From Myxococcota bacterium (GTDB lineage Bacteria; Myxococcota_A; UBA796; CAJQPC01): 64,000 bases of DNA. The DNA is taken from positions 6,847 through 70,846 of the forward strand of contig JAKLKD010000003.1 of the NCBI GenBank assembly GCA_023150845.1, written 5' to 3'. A model generated the notes under the pieces. It saw only the letters and a list, made by a program, of their open reading frames with translations, made no database searches and was not told the DNA's origin. The position numbers and the translations under genes are program-made. Below, piece after piece: positions 13,652 through 22,745 of the stretch. Positions within the stretch are counted from its first letter, which is position 1. Every line of letters begins with the position of its first letter.

Positions 13652-14569
13652 TCAGGGGGGAGTCATTGGAGGGTGTTCGTGGACGGCCCAGGGACCGCCG
13701 GGCGGCCAGCGGCTCACCTGGGCGCCGGTCCAGGTCGGGGAGAAGAGCGCACGGAGCGCGCTCACAAGCTGGTCAAGCGGCGGCGCGGGCTCGATGCCAG
13801 CCTTTCGCACGTAGGCGCCCCACTGGGAGGCCTTCGTGGGGTCGTTGGGCATGGCGTCGCTGAGCCCGATGGGCGTCTCGGTTGGGCGGGGGATCCCTCG
13901 GCGGGTGAGGGTGTTCTCGACGGCGCGCAGCAGGTTGCCATCAAGCTCAAACCGCTGACCGAGCAGCCAGAGGTCGTAGTAGTCCTTCATTCGGCTGTTC
14001 TCAAGGCCAAGAGCGAGGATGGTGCTGTACTTCTCGGCCATGCTCGTCTCTTTGGGGTAGACCAAGAGCTCAGGCGCGGGGAGGTCGAGCAGGCTGGGGT
14101 AACGTTCACGGCGCGGGGCGGGGGTGATCGAGTCGCCGAAGCCAACGTCGATGTGCACGCGCACCTGCTCCTTGCCGAAGCGCGCGCTGAGGTCGGCGGA
14201 GAGGCCAGGGTAGGCGCGGTTGCGGGTGGCGACGCCCACTTGTAGGCTCGTGAGGTCAAAGCTCACGCCGTCGTCGTCCACCTCACCGCCGAGCACCTCA
14301 CCCAAGATCCGGGCAAACTCCTCGGGAGAGGGATCGCCGCTCCCCAAGAGGTCGATGTCTTGGGTGGGGCGCTTGACGTCGCGCAGCCAGATCCCGAACA
14401 TCATCGCGCCTTTGAGCACGAACTTGTCGCCGTAAGGGGAGCGGGCGAGGCGGTAGAGCAGGCGCTCGTTGACGTATTGATCGACGAGCAGGTGGTAAGG
14501 CAGCGCTCCGGGGAGCTTACTCCGCATCTTCAGCCGGTCTCGCACACTCGCGGCGATGTTTCGGGTCAC
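13652..14569 (-). CDS. AbiEii/AbiGii-family nucleotidyltransferase toxin (type IV TA)
   Basis: N-terminal pattern IAASVRDRLK..., FVLKGAMMF..RPTQDIDLLG and ..DVGFGD are typical of DUF1814/AbiEii. There is a 4-nt overlap with the upstream AbiEi-like gene. Confidence 0.8.
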   Translation of the reverse strand: MTRNIAASVRDRLKMRSKLPGALPYHLLVDQYVNERLLYRLARSPYGDKFVLKGAMMFGIWLRDVKRPTQDIDLLGSGDPSPEEFARILGEVLGGEVDDDGVSFDLTSLQVGVATRNRAYPGLSADLSARFGKEQVRVHIDVGFGDSITPAPRRERYPSLLDLPAPELLVYPKETSMAEKYSTILALGLENSRMKDYYDLWLLGQRFELDGNLLRAVENTLTRRGIPRPTETPIGLSDAMPNDPTKASQWGAYVRKAGIEPAPPLDQLVSALRALFSPTWTGAQVSRWPPGGPWAVHEHPPMTPP

Positions 14570-15159
14570 AGCAGCGCCTCCACATAGGGTCGCATCTTGT
14601 TGTAGGCCCGCCGCCGCCGGGCGATGGCCATGAGCGGCTGCACCTCGTTAGGGAATCGGCCTAGGTAGTCCTTGAGGGCGTCAAGGGCGGGCTCAAGGCC
14701 CACCTGCCGGGTGAAGTGGAAGGCCTCGACGACCGCGCGGGCGGGGGAGAACACCTTCACCATCACGCCATCGATCTCGTGGTGCTCGACGTCGAGGCCA
14801 AGCTCAGCCTCGTCGAGCCAAGACACCCGCAGCTTCAGGCTCGTGAGCCGCGGCGCCCAGCTCCCCCGGGGGAGCGCGATCCACTCCTGCCAGGGGCGCT
14901 CTAGTCCAAGCCGGTGAAAGTGCAGGGCCGAGAGCAGGGTGACGACGGCCTTGGGCGCCTTCGCCGAGACGACGGCGAGGCTGTTGTGGATGGAGATCTC
15001 GGCGTCAGCGCCTTGGTAGAGGCCACGCTCCACCCGGACGAGGGTGCCGCCGCGGGTGAGGCGGCTCGCCGTCGCTTGGGAGCCGCCGCGGGCGTTGAGC
15101 AGCCCGGCGCGAATGAGCCCGTCTTGGGGGCTGGGCCGCTGGCCCTGCGCACGTTTCAT
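14566..15159 (-). CDS. AbiEi-family antitoxin / transcriptional regulator
   Basis: LTRGGTLVRVERGLYQ winged-helix signature and an AbiEi_4-like C-terminal domain; coupled to the AbiEii gene. The start is set at MKRAQGQ (cat at 15157-15159); the tracked ORF extends to 15213. Confidence 0.7.
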   Translation of the reverse strand: MKRAQGQRPSPQDGLIRAGLLNARGGSQATASRLTRGGTLVRVERGLYQGADAEISIHNSLAVVSAKAPKAVVTLLSALHFHRLGLERPWQEWIALPRGSWAPRLTSLKLRVSWLDEAELGLDVEHHEIDGVMVKVFSPARAVVEAFHFTRQVGLEPALDALKDYLGRFPNEVQPLMAIARRRRAYNKMRPYVEALL

Positions 15160-15189
15160 GGGTGAGATCCTCACATCATTGGAAGAAAG

Positions 15190-15399
15190 GTAGAGGTTTT
15201 CTACCATGTTCATGTTGTGCGAAGCAACCGCGTCCCCCTCGTTCCGTTGCGCAGTCGCCTAACTCGGCGTTCATGTGGCCTGCCAGAAGGCGAGTGAAAA
15301 CCTATCAAAACTAATGTCAGAGCAAAGGTTTTCACTCCATCCAACGCTGATATGATTGAGAAGCGCTCATAATCCATAAAAAATTAGAGGTTTTCACTC
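15190..15399. promoter_or_regulatory. AT-rich region with repeated AGGTTTTCACTC motif (candidate AbiEi operators/promoter)
   Basis: gagtgaaaacct (15292-15303) and aggttttcactc (15326-15337) form a 12-bp inverted repeat with a 22-nt spacer. A third exact copy, aggttttcactc, lies at 15388-15399. A related gtagaggttttctac lies at 15190-15204. Confidence 0.45.
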
Positions 15400-15449
15400 A
15401 ACCCTATGCACCTTCCTCTACGGCTAGGAGCGCGCTGGCGCGTAGTGGT

Positions 15450-17111
15450 TTAGCCCCTCCGCGCCGCCACCAACGCCATGAGCCCGAAGACCCCGGCCAT
15501 GACGAAGAGCACGAGGCTCAGGGCGGGCAGGCCGAAGAGGCGCAGGTCGGTGTAGTCCAGGCTCAGGGCCGCGCAGAGGGCGGCGGTCACGGCGAAGGCG
15601 CCGAGGAGCTGGGCGCGCAGGCGCTGGTCGAGGCGGCGGGAGGTCTGGGGATCCTCCCGGTTCACGACGTTCACCCGCAGGCGCTGGTCGTCGATGTCGT
15701 CGAGGAGCTGGCTGAGGCTCATCGGCAGGCGTCGGGCGAGGGTGCTCAGGGTGACCAGGTTGTAGAACAGGTCCTCCTGGGTGCGCTGGGACGAGAAGCG
15801 CTCGGAGACGAGGCGCTGCACATAGGGCTTCGCCGCGCCCAAGGGGTCTACCTCGGGGATCAGCGACTTCGCCAAACCTTCGGTCGTGAGCAGGGCCTTA
15901 AAGAAGGTCGTGTAGGTCGGCGGCGCCCGGACGCGGTGCTTGAGCGCGCCTTCAGTGATGTCGAGCAAGAACCGCCCGATCTGCATCTCCTGGACGCTTA
16001 CGCCCTCCCAGTTTCGCTCGACGACGAGGGTGGTGTCCCGCTCGAAGGCGTCGTAGTCCACCCGCTCGCTCTTGATCGCGATGTCGAAGAAGATGCGGGA
16101 GATGGTGCGGTAGTCCCCACGCTCTAAGGCGAAGAGCAGAGAGACGATGCTGTCCTTCATGTCCCGGGTGAGGCGGCCCACCATGCCGAAGTCGAGCAGG
16201 CCGATGACGTGGCCCGGCAGGATGAGCACGTTGCCGGGGTGCAGGTCGCCGTGGAAGAAGCCGTGGTCAAACAGCATCGTGTAGGCGGCCTCGAGGTAGC
16301 GGCGGCCCACCTCGTCCATGTCGTAGCCGTGCTCCCGGGCCTGGCGGATCTTCACGCCGTCGAGGTGCTCGATGCACAGCACCCGGGAGGTGGTCAAGGC
16401 GTCGAAGACCGTCGGGATCTTCACCCGGGGGTTCCCGGCGAAGTTCGCGGCGAAGCGGCGCATGTTTGTCGCCTCGGCCATGAAGTCGAGCTCGGCGGTG
16501 ATGCTGCGCTCAAACTCGCTGAGCACCCCTTGGGGGTCGAGGAGCTCGGCCTCGGGGAACTCGGCGCAGAGGCGGTTCACGAGCAGGTGCAGGATGCTCA
16601 GGTCCGCCCGGATCATCGCCGCGATGCCAGGCCGCTGCACCTTAAACACGACTTCAGCGCCAGACTGCAGCGCCGCCCGGTGCACCTGGGCGATGGAGGC
16701 CGTGGCCAGGGGCGCCTCGTCGAAGCGGCTAAGGCCCACACGCCAGCCGGAGCCGAGCTCCGCCGCGATGGTGCGCTCAATCTCGGCGAAGGGCAGGGGG
16801 CCGACGTCGTCTTGTAGGGACTGGAACGCCGCGAGGTACGCCGGGGGCACCACGTCGGGCCGGGTCGAGAGCACCTGGCCGAGCTTGATGAAGGTGGGGC
16901 CAAGGTCTTTGAGGGCGGCGACGGCGCGCTCGGGGGTGGACTCGGAGGAGTCCCGGCTCGCCCGGTCGAGGCCCGGCAGCTCCAGGGTGTGCACCAGCCA
17001 GCCGAAGCCGTGGCGCACGAGGATCGCGGCGACCTCACGCAGGCGGTTGATGTCGCGCACGGTGTGCGTGAGGCCGCCGACGGTGCGCACGACGGGACGG
17101 ACGATTCTCAC
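15450..17111 (-). CDS. ABC1/UbiB-family atypical kinase
   Basis: LGPTFIKLGQVLSTRPDVVP, ASIAQVHRA and HGDLHPGNVL motifs; C-terminal TM helices. Confidence 0.85.
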   Translation of the reverse strand: MRIVRPVVRTVGGLTHTVRDINRLREVAAILVRHGFGWLVHTLELPGLDRASRDSSESTPERAVAALKDLGPTFIKLGQVLSTRPDVVPPAYLAAFQSLQDDVGPLPFAEIERTIAAELGSGWRVGLSRFDEAPLATASIAQVHRAALQSGAEVVFKVQRPGIAAMIRADLSILHLLVNRLCAEFPEAELLDPQGVLSEFERSITAELDFMAEATNMRRFAANFAGNPRVKIPTVFDALTTSRVLCIEHLDGVKIRQAREHGYDMDEVGRRYLEAAYTMLFDHGFFHGDLHPGNVLILPGHVIGLLDFGMVGRLTRDMKDSIVSLLFALERGDYRTISRIFFDIAIKSERVDYDAFERDTTLVVERNWEGVSVQEMQIGRFLLDITEGALKHRVRAPPTYTTFFKALLTTEGLAKSLIPEVDPLGAAKPYVQRLVSERFSSQRTQEDLFYNLVTLSTLARRLPMSLSQLLDDIDDQRLRVNVVNREDPQTSRRLDQRLRAQLLGAFAVTAALCAALSLDYTDLRLFGLPALSLVLFVMAGVFGLMALVAARRG

Positions 17112-17135
17112 GAGGGGCTCCTGGTTCCGCCCTGA

Positions 17136-17570
17136 TCAGCTCCCCGAGAGGATCAGCCCCGCGGCCACCGCGAGCAAAGCCACCACCGCGACGACGAGGG
17201 GCCACATCGGACGAGGGGGCGCCGGGGGCGGCATGAGCGAGGAGAGATCGACGGTGTGCTCCTCGTCTTCGGCCTCGACGAGCTCGACGGTGAAGACGTG
17301 GGCGCCGATGGTCACCCGGTCGCCGGGCCCGATGGACTTGCTGGAGGTGACCCGGCGGTCGTTCACGAAGACGCCGTTGCGGCTGCCGGTGTCTTGCACC
17401 CAGAGGCCGTTCTCGCGCAGCGTGACCTCGGCGTGGAAGCGGCTCGCCTCGGGATCGCTGATCTGGACGGTGTTTGTGGGGTCTCGGCCGATGCGCACAC
17501 CCTCAGCGCCGATGAGGAATCGTTTGCCTTGGGGGCCGCCGGAGACGCAGAGGAGATGGGGGACGCTCAT
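17136..17570 (-). CDS. FHA-domain protein with a C-terminal membrane anchor
   Basis: IGRDPTNTVQISDPEASRFHAEV...GSRNGVFVND FHA signature; C-terminal WPLVVAVVALLAVAAGLIL. Confidence 0.8.
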   Translation of the reverse strand: MSVPHLLCVSGGPQGKRFLIGAEGVRIGRDPTNTVQISDPEASRFHAEVTLRENGLWVQDTGSRNGVFVNDRRVTSSKSIGPGDRVTIGAHVFTVELVEAEDEEHTVDLSSLMPPPAPPRPMWPLVVAVVALLAVAAGLILSGS

Positions 17571-17649
17571 GGGGATGACGATCCATCGCTTGATCCCTCG
17601 CCTATAACCACTCGCCCGCGCGCCGCCACTGGGAGCCGTGACAAGGGCG

Positions 17650-18570
17650 TCACCCGCGGCTCCAGAGCAGCCAGAGCCCGAAGGAGAGGCCGAGCACGGA
17701 GGACGTCATCAGCACCCCGGCGACGATGAGCCAGAAGCGCAGATCGAGCTGGAGCGGGACCTCCTCGTTGAGCGAAGGGGGCGCCGCGGGCGGGCTCGGC
17801 GGCTTGGGGGCGCGCTTGGGCTTCGCCTCAGGGGCCGGGGCCTCGTTCAACGCGGCGACCTTGCGGCCGGGCGGCGTGGGCTTGGGGGCCTCGGCCTTTG
17901 GGGCGGCGGGCTTGGGGGCCTCGGCTTTGGGGGCGGCGGGCTTCGGCGAGGTGGGCTTCGGGGCCTCGGCCTTGGGCGCCTCGGCTTTGGGGGCCTCAGC
18001 CTTGGGCGGGGCGGCGCGGGCGCTCGCCTCGGCGGCGCGCATGGCCTCGGGCGGGAGCTCGTCCGCGCCCTCAATCGTCACGCTCGGCGCCGTCGTCTCG
18101 CCCTCCTCAAGGTTGGTCTCTTCGTCGCCGCCGCGGAAGAGCTGGCTCATCGACATGCTGCGCAGGGCGAGGATCTCCCGGGGCGCCGGGGCAACGGTGG
18201 TGGGCTTGAGGTCGGGATCGTCGGGGTCGAAGGACTCGCGCTCCTCCAGCACCCGCGACTCCATCGGGGGCTGGGGCTCCTCCGGGGGCGGGCCGTCAAA
18301 GCGCAGGAGCACGTCGCCGATCTGCACGTAGGTCCCGTCGAGGAGCTCACACATCGGCATCGGGTGGCCGTTGATGAGCACGCCGTTGCTGCTGTCGAGG
18401 TCTTGAACGACGCAGCGGCGGCCCTGCACCAAGAACGCGCAGTGGCGGCGGCTCACCCGGGTGCTGGGGACGCGGACGGCGCAGGACATCTCGCGCCCGG
18501 CGACCTGGCGGCCGGGCTGGAGCGCGAACACCAGGCCCTCTCCAGGGCCCCGCACCACCGTCAGCTTCAC
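17650..18570 (-). CDS. FHA-domain protein with a KAEAP repeat linker and a C-terminal membrane anchor
   Basis: VSRRHCAF...DLDSSNGVLING FHA signature; (KAEAP/KPAAP)n repeats; C-terminal FWLIVAGVLMTSSVLGLSFGLWLLW. Confidence 0.8.
   Translation of the reverse strand: MKLTVVRGPGEGLVFALQPGRQVAGREMSCAVRVPSTRVSRRHCAFLVQGRRCVVQDLDSSNGVLINGHPMPMCELLDGTYVQIGDVLLRFDGPPPEEPQPPMESRVLEERESFDPDDPDLKPTTVAPAPREILALRSMSMSQLFRGGDEETNLEEGETTAPSVTIEGADELPPEAMRAAEASARAAPPKAEAPKAEAPKAEAPKPTSPKPAAPKAEAPKPAAPKAEAPKPTPPGRKVAALNEAPAPEAKPKRAPKPPSPPAAPPSLNEEVPLQLDLRFWLIVAGVLMTSSVLGLSFGLWLLWSRG
17881..18003 (-). repeat. 15/30-nt tandem coding repeats (KAEAP units)
   Basis: cttgggggcctcggcctttggggcggcggg (17881-17910) is followed by a nearly identical 30-mer (17911-17940) and further ggcctcggccttggg-type units. 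Confidence 0.7.
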
Positions 18571-19415
18571 CGCTTCGCCTCCAGGGTGTCGCGCAGCTCG
18601 CTCGCCGCGATGGGGTAGCCCGTGAACAGCTCAAATGAGAGCGCGCCTTGGTGGACCAACATCCCCAAGCCGCCAGACGTGCGCAGGCCCCGGGCCGCGC
18701 AGGCCGAGAGCCTCGGGGGGGCGCTCATCCAATAGTTGATGTCACACCAGATGGCCGTCGATGGCAAGGGGTCGATCGGCAAGGACTCGACGAGGGCCTC
18801 GGTCCCGCCGCCCAAGCAGTTCACCACGAGGTCGGCGCGCTCAGCGATCTCGCCGAACCAGCCGGGGTGCAAGGGCGCCCCGTGGAGCGCGCAGCCGGGG
18901 TTTCGGGCGCCGAGCTGGGCGGCGGCGCGCTCGGCCCGGCCCACGTCCCGGTTGAGCAGCGCGACCTCTTGGGCCCCCGCGGCGGCCAAGGCCGAGGCTA
19001 CGGCCCGACCCGCGCCCCCGGCGCCCAAGACGACGCAGCGCTGGCCCTTCGCGCTGAAGCTGTGCTCCTCGGCCAAGGCGCCAAGCAGCCCCTCACCGTC
19101 GGTGTTGTAGCCCGTGAGCCAGCCATCGACGTTGATCACGACGTTCACCGCCCCGGCCTCCTCGGCGGCGATGGTGACGTGGTCGAGGAGCGGCAGCACC
19201 CGCTCTTTGAACGGCACGGTGAGGTTCACGCCGACGAGGTCCAGGGTGCGGATCGCGTCGGTCACGCCCTCGGCGCGGCGCGGGTCCACGTCGAAGGCGA
19301 GGTACACGGCGTCGAGGCCCAGGCGGGCGAAGAGCGCGTTGTGCATCGCCGGAGACAGGCTGTGCCGCACCGGGTGACCGACGAGGCCGTAGATCCGGGT
19401 GCGGCCGCTGATCAA
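18567..19415 (-). CDS. aroE: shikimate dehydrogenase
   Basis: YGLVGHPVRHSLSPAMHNA, NLTVPFK, NTDG and GAGGAGRA motifs. Confidence 0.85.
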   Translation of the reverse strand: MISGRTRIYGLVGHPVRHSLSPAMHNALFARLGLDAVYLAFDVDPRRAEGVTDAIRTLDLVGVNLTVPFKERVLPLLDHVTIAAEEAGAVNVVINVDGWLTGYNTDGEGLLGALAEEHSFSAKGQRCVVLGAGGAGRAVASALAAAGAQEVALLNRDVGRAERAAAQLGARNPGCALHGAPLHPGWFGEIAERADLVVNCLGGGTEALVESLPIDPLPSTAIWCDINYWMSAPPRLSACAARGLRTSGGLGMLVHQGALSFELFTGYPIAASELRDTLEAKR

Positions 19416-20344
19416 GGCGACGGGATCGCGCGGGCGGCGGCCACGTCGCGGTGAATCTGGGCGACCAGGGCCTCGACGCCGGAGAAGCGCTCCTCGCCGC
19501 GCAGCCGCTGGAGCAGGCGGGTGGAGAGGCGCCGCCCGTAGAGGTCGCCGCTGAACTGAACGAGGTGGACCTCCACGGCGAAGCCGAGCTTGCCGAAGGT
19601 GGGCCGCACGCCGAGGTTCGCGACGCCCCGGAGGCCCTGGGGCCCGCCCTCGACGTCTACATCGACGGCGTAGACCCCCGGCGCGGGCAGCAGCTCGGCG
19701 TCACACTGGAGGTTCGCCGTGGGGAAGCCGATGGTCCGGCCCCGGGCGTCGCCATGGATGACCACACCCTCCACCGCGTAAGGCCGACCCAGGAGCGCGG
19801 CGGCGCGGGTGACGTCCCCTTGGGCCACGGCCTCACGCACCGCCGAGGACGACACGACGCGGTCCTCGCCGGGCAACAGGTAGGGGCGCACGGCCTCGAT
19901 GGAGAGCTCGGGCATCCACCCGGCCAAGGCTTCGGCGTCTCCTTGGCGACCCCGGCCGAAGCGGAAGTCGTAGCCGACGACGAGCGCTGAGGGCCGGATA
20001 CGCGCGCCGAGGATCTCCCGGGCGAACCACTCCGCCGGGCGGGAGGAGAGCTCGATGGTGAAGTCCTCGACGATGACGAGGTCCACACCTTGGCCGTGCA
20101 GCAGGTCGATCTTCTGCCGGAGCGTCGTCATGCGCGGCGGGCACCGGTCGGGCTGGAGCACGCGCCGCGGCGGCGGCTCGAAGGTGTACACACAGGACGG
20201 CACACCTAAGGCCCGCGCCCGCTCCGTCAGCCGCGCCAAGAGCGCCTGATGCCCCCGGTGAACCCCATCGAAGTTGCCGATGGTGAGCGCCGGGTGGGCG
20301 TCTTGTGGGAAACTCAGGGATCCTTGGAAGGTCCGTGCGGGCAT
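19412..20344 (-). CDS. ribF: bifunctional riboflavin kinase / FAD synthetase
   Basis: LTIGNFDGVHRGHQAL and GFPTANL motifs. The start is set at MPARTF (cat at 20342-20344). Confidence 0.85.
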   Translation of the reverse strand: MPARTFQGSLSFPQDAHPALTIGNFDGVHRGHQALLARLTERARALGVPSCVYTFEPPPRRVLQPDRCPPRMTTLRQKIDLLHGQGVDLVIVEDFTIELSSRPAEWFAREILGARIRPSALVVGYDFRFGRGRQGDAEALAGWMPELSIEAVRPYLLPGEDRVVSSSAVREAVAQGDVTRAAALLGRPYAVEGVVIHGDARGRTIGFPTANLQCDAELLPAPGVYAVDVDVEGGPQGLRGVANLGVRPTFGKLGFAVEVHLVQFSGDLYGRRLSTRLLQRLRGEERFSGVEALVAQIHRDVAAARAIPSP

Positions 20345-20406
20345 GGCGCGGAAGCTATCCCAGCCGGACAGCCTGGGCACGTCGCCGCACGCACTGGAGA
20401 CCCCCG

Positions 20407-21993
20407 ATGATCCTCACCGCCCCCCTCGTCACCGTCGCGCTGATCCTCTCCCAAGCGGGCTGTGGCGGCGAGGGCGCGGTCGTCAACGACGCCTTGGTCC
20501 TGGCGATCCCCTTTGATCCGGGCAGCCTCAACCCCGTCGCTTTGCCCTACGCGCTCTCCCAGCAGCTCGTCGATCAGACCCAGCTCCCCTTGGCGCGGCG
20601 CTACGCCGGCCCCGACGGCCTCACCTTCACCCCGGGCCTCGCGACGGAGTGGCGCTGGAGCGAGGACCACCTCTCCTTGACCTTCACCCTCAACCCCGCC
20701 GCCCGCTGGGACGACGGCAGCCCGGTGACCTCGGCGGACGTGGCCTTCACCTACGCGCTCATCGACGACCCCGCCGTGGCCTCCAACTGGCTCGCCGACG
20801 GTGAGCTCATCCGCGAGGTGCTCACCCCCGACGCCGCCACGGTCACCTTTGTCTTCGCCGAGCCCGCCTCGGAGCTCCTCCTGATGTGCGCGGCGAGCCA
20901 CAACATCCTCCAGGCGAGCCGGGTCAAAGACGCCGACCGCGCGAGCCTCCGGGGCCACGCGTATAGCCGCGCGCCGTCCTCCAGCGGCCCCTACCGGGTG
21001 GCGACCTGGGCCCCCGACGATCACCTCGTCCTGGTCCCGAACCCCCACGCCCTCACCCCGCCGAAGATTCAGCGGGTGATCGCCCGGATCGTCCCCGAGT
21101 ACAGCACCCGCATCCTGGAGCTGGAGCGGGGCGCCGTGGACCTGCTCATGGACGTCGAGCTCGGCGACGTGGCCCGCCTCGCCGCCGACCGCCCGGACCT
21201 CCGGCTGATCCGGACCCCCGACGCCGCCGTGAGCTACATCGGCTGGAACCTGCGCGACCCCCGCCTCGCCGAGCCCAAGCTGCGTGAGGCCCTGGACCTC
21301 ACCATCGACCGAGAGGTGCTCATCCGCGAGATGTACACCGTCGGCGGCGAGCCCTACGCCCGGGTCGCCACCGGCAGCGTGGCCCCGAGCCTCGGGCCCT
21401 GGCACAACGCCGCGCTGGCGCCGAGCCCCCACGACCCCGCCCGCGCCCGGGCGCTCCTCGCGGAGCTGGGCTACGCCGACGCCGACGGCGACGGGGTGCT
21501 CGACCGCGACGGCGCGCCCCTGCGCATCGAGCTCCTCCTCCAGAGCGGCATCCCCGAGAGCGAGCGCCTCGCCGTGCGGGCCCAGGCCATGCTCAAGGAG
21601 ATCGGCGTCGCTTTGGTCCTCGTCGCCGTGGAGCCCAACCGCTTCTCCGCGACGGCCCGGGAGGGCAAGTTTGAGGCGATCCTCTGGGGCTTCGGCAACA
21701 ACCCCAAGGTCGATCTCGCGGTGCAGTGGCGTAGCGACGGCGCCTACAACTGGATGGCCTACAGCGACCCCGAGACCGACCGCCTCATCGACGCCGCCCG
21801 CCGCGCGACCAACCCCGCCGAGGCCCAGGCCTTCACCCGCGAGGCCCAAGCCCGGGTGTACGCCGCCCGCCCGGCCTCGTTCTTGGTCTGGTCCGACCAG
21901 GTGAGCGCCGTGAGCCCCCGGGTGGTCGGCGCCCAGATGACCGTGCTCAGCGCGCTGGAGGGCTTAGAGACCTGGACCTTGGTCGGTAAATGA
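20407..21993 (+). CDS. ABC transporter substrate-binding lipoprotein, family 5 (peptide/nickel type)
   Basis: LILSQAGC lipobox; family-5 SBP pattern throughout (..WSDG.PVTA.DV.F.., ..P.NP.. etc.). The start is set at MILTAPL (ATG at 20407). Confidence 0.8.
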   Translation: MILTAPLVTVALILSQAGCGGEGAVVNDALVLAIPFDPGSLNPVALPYALSQQLVDQTQLPLARRYAGPDGLTFTPGLATEWRWSEDHLSLTFTLNPAARWDDGSPVTSADVAFTYALIDDPAVASNWLADGELIREVLTPDAATVTFVFAEPASELLLMCAASHNILQASRVKDADRASLRGHAYSRAPSSSGPYRVATWAPDDHLVLVPNPHALTPPKIQRVIARIVPEYSTRILELERGAVDLLMDVELGDVARLAADRPDLRLIRTPDAAVSYIGWNLRDPRLAEPKLREALDLTIDREVLIREMYTVGGEPYARVATGSVAPSLGPWHNAALAPSPHDPARARALLAELGYADADGDGVLDRDGAPLRIELLLQSGIPESERLAVRAQAMLKEIGVALVLVAVEPNRFSATAREGKFEAILWGFGNNPKVDLAVQWRSDGAYNWMAYSDPETDRLIDAARRATNPAEAQAFTREAQARVYAARPASFLVWSDQVSAVSPRVVGAQMTVLSALEGLETWTLVGK

Positions 21994-22006
21994 CCGATGG
22001 TCATTT
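21988..22006. terminator. small AT-rich hairpin between convergent stop codons (possible bidirectional terminator)
   Basis: aaatgacc-gat-ggtcattt: 8-bp stem, 3-nt loop. It includes the TGA of the plus-strand gene and ends 5 nt before the minus-strand stop. The stem is weak. Confidence 0.3.
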
Positions 22007-22010
22007 ATGG

Positions 22011-22739
22011 TCAGCGCAGATAAGCCCTGAGCCCAAGCACGAGGACCAAGGCCGAGAACACCGCGCAGAGCCCGCCCCAGATCCAGTAGGGCAGCCACAG
22101 GGCCTCGGCGATGCGGGCCACGTCTGAAGGCATCACCCCGGCGCTCGTGTGGGCGACGGGGGTGAAGAGGTAGTCGGCCCGGGAGAACACCGAGAGGCCG
22201 AGCTGGGTGGCCAAGAACACGAGCATGTGCTGGTTGGCCCTGGCGGAGGCCCGCAGGGCGAAGACGAGGCTCAGCACGGCCACGGCGCCGACGAAGACGA
22301 AGCCGAAGAGGTTCCGCACCACCCACACATCGGCGATGAGCAGGGTGAGGCCGCCCACGGTCATCGCCACCTTCGCCGTCTGGGGGCGGCGGCCCATCAA
22401 GAAGCCGAAGGCGGCGACGATAGACGGCCCGACGAGGCCCCCGGCGCTCACCAAGGCCGTGCGGATGGCCTCGTCTGGCCAGCTCGACGAGGCGACCCCG
22501 GAGCCGTTGGCGTAGATCTCGAACTGGTGGAAGGTGCCGCCGACGAGGATCGCCGTCACCCCGTGCCCGAGCTCATGGGCGAGGGTCGAGAGCAAGAGGA
22601 GCGGCCAGACGAGGATGGCGCCGCCGGGGATCGCGTAGAGCGCGGCGGTGACGGCCAAGCTGCCGAGCAAGATCCACCGCGCCCGGCTGGAGACGGTCAG
22701 CGCGGCGCTCGACGCGGGGGCTCGCTCCGGGCTAGGCAT
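22011..22739 (-). CDS. M50B-like integral membrane metallopeptidase
   Basis: STLAHELGHGVTAILVGG (HExxH) within a polytopic membrane protein. Confidence 0.7.
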   Translation of the reverse strand: MPSPERAPASSAALTVSSRARWILLGSLAVTAALYAIPGGAILVWPLLLLSTLAHELGHGVTAILVGGTFHQFEIYANGSGVASSSWPDEAIRTALVSAGGLVGPSIVAAFGFLMGRRPQTAKVAMTVGGLTLLIADVWVVRNLFGFVFVGAVAVLSLVFALRASARANQHMLVFLATQLGLSVFSRADYLFTPVAHTSAGVMPSDVARIAEALWLPYWIWGGLCAVFSALVLVLGLRAYLR

Positions 22740-22745
22740 AGGCGC

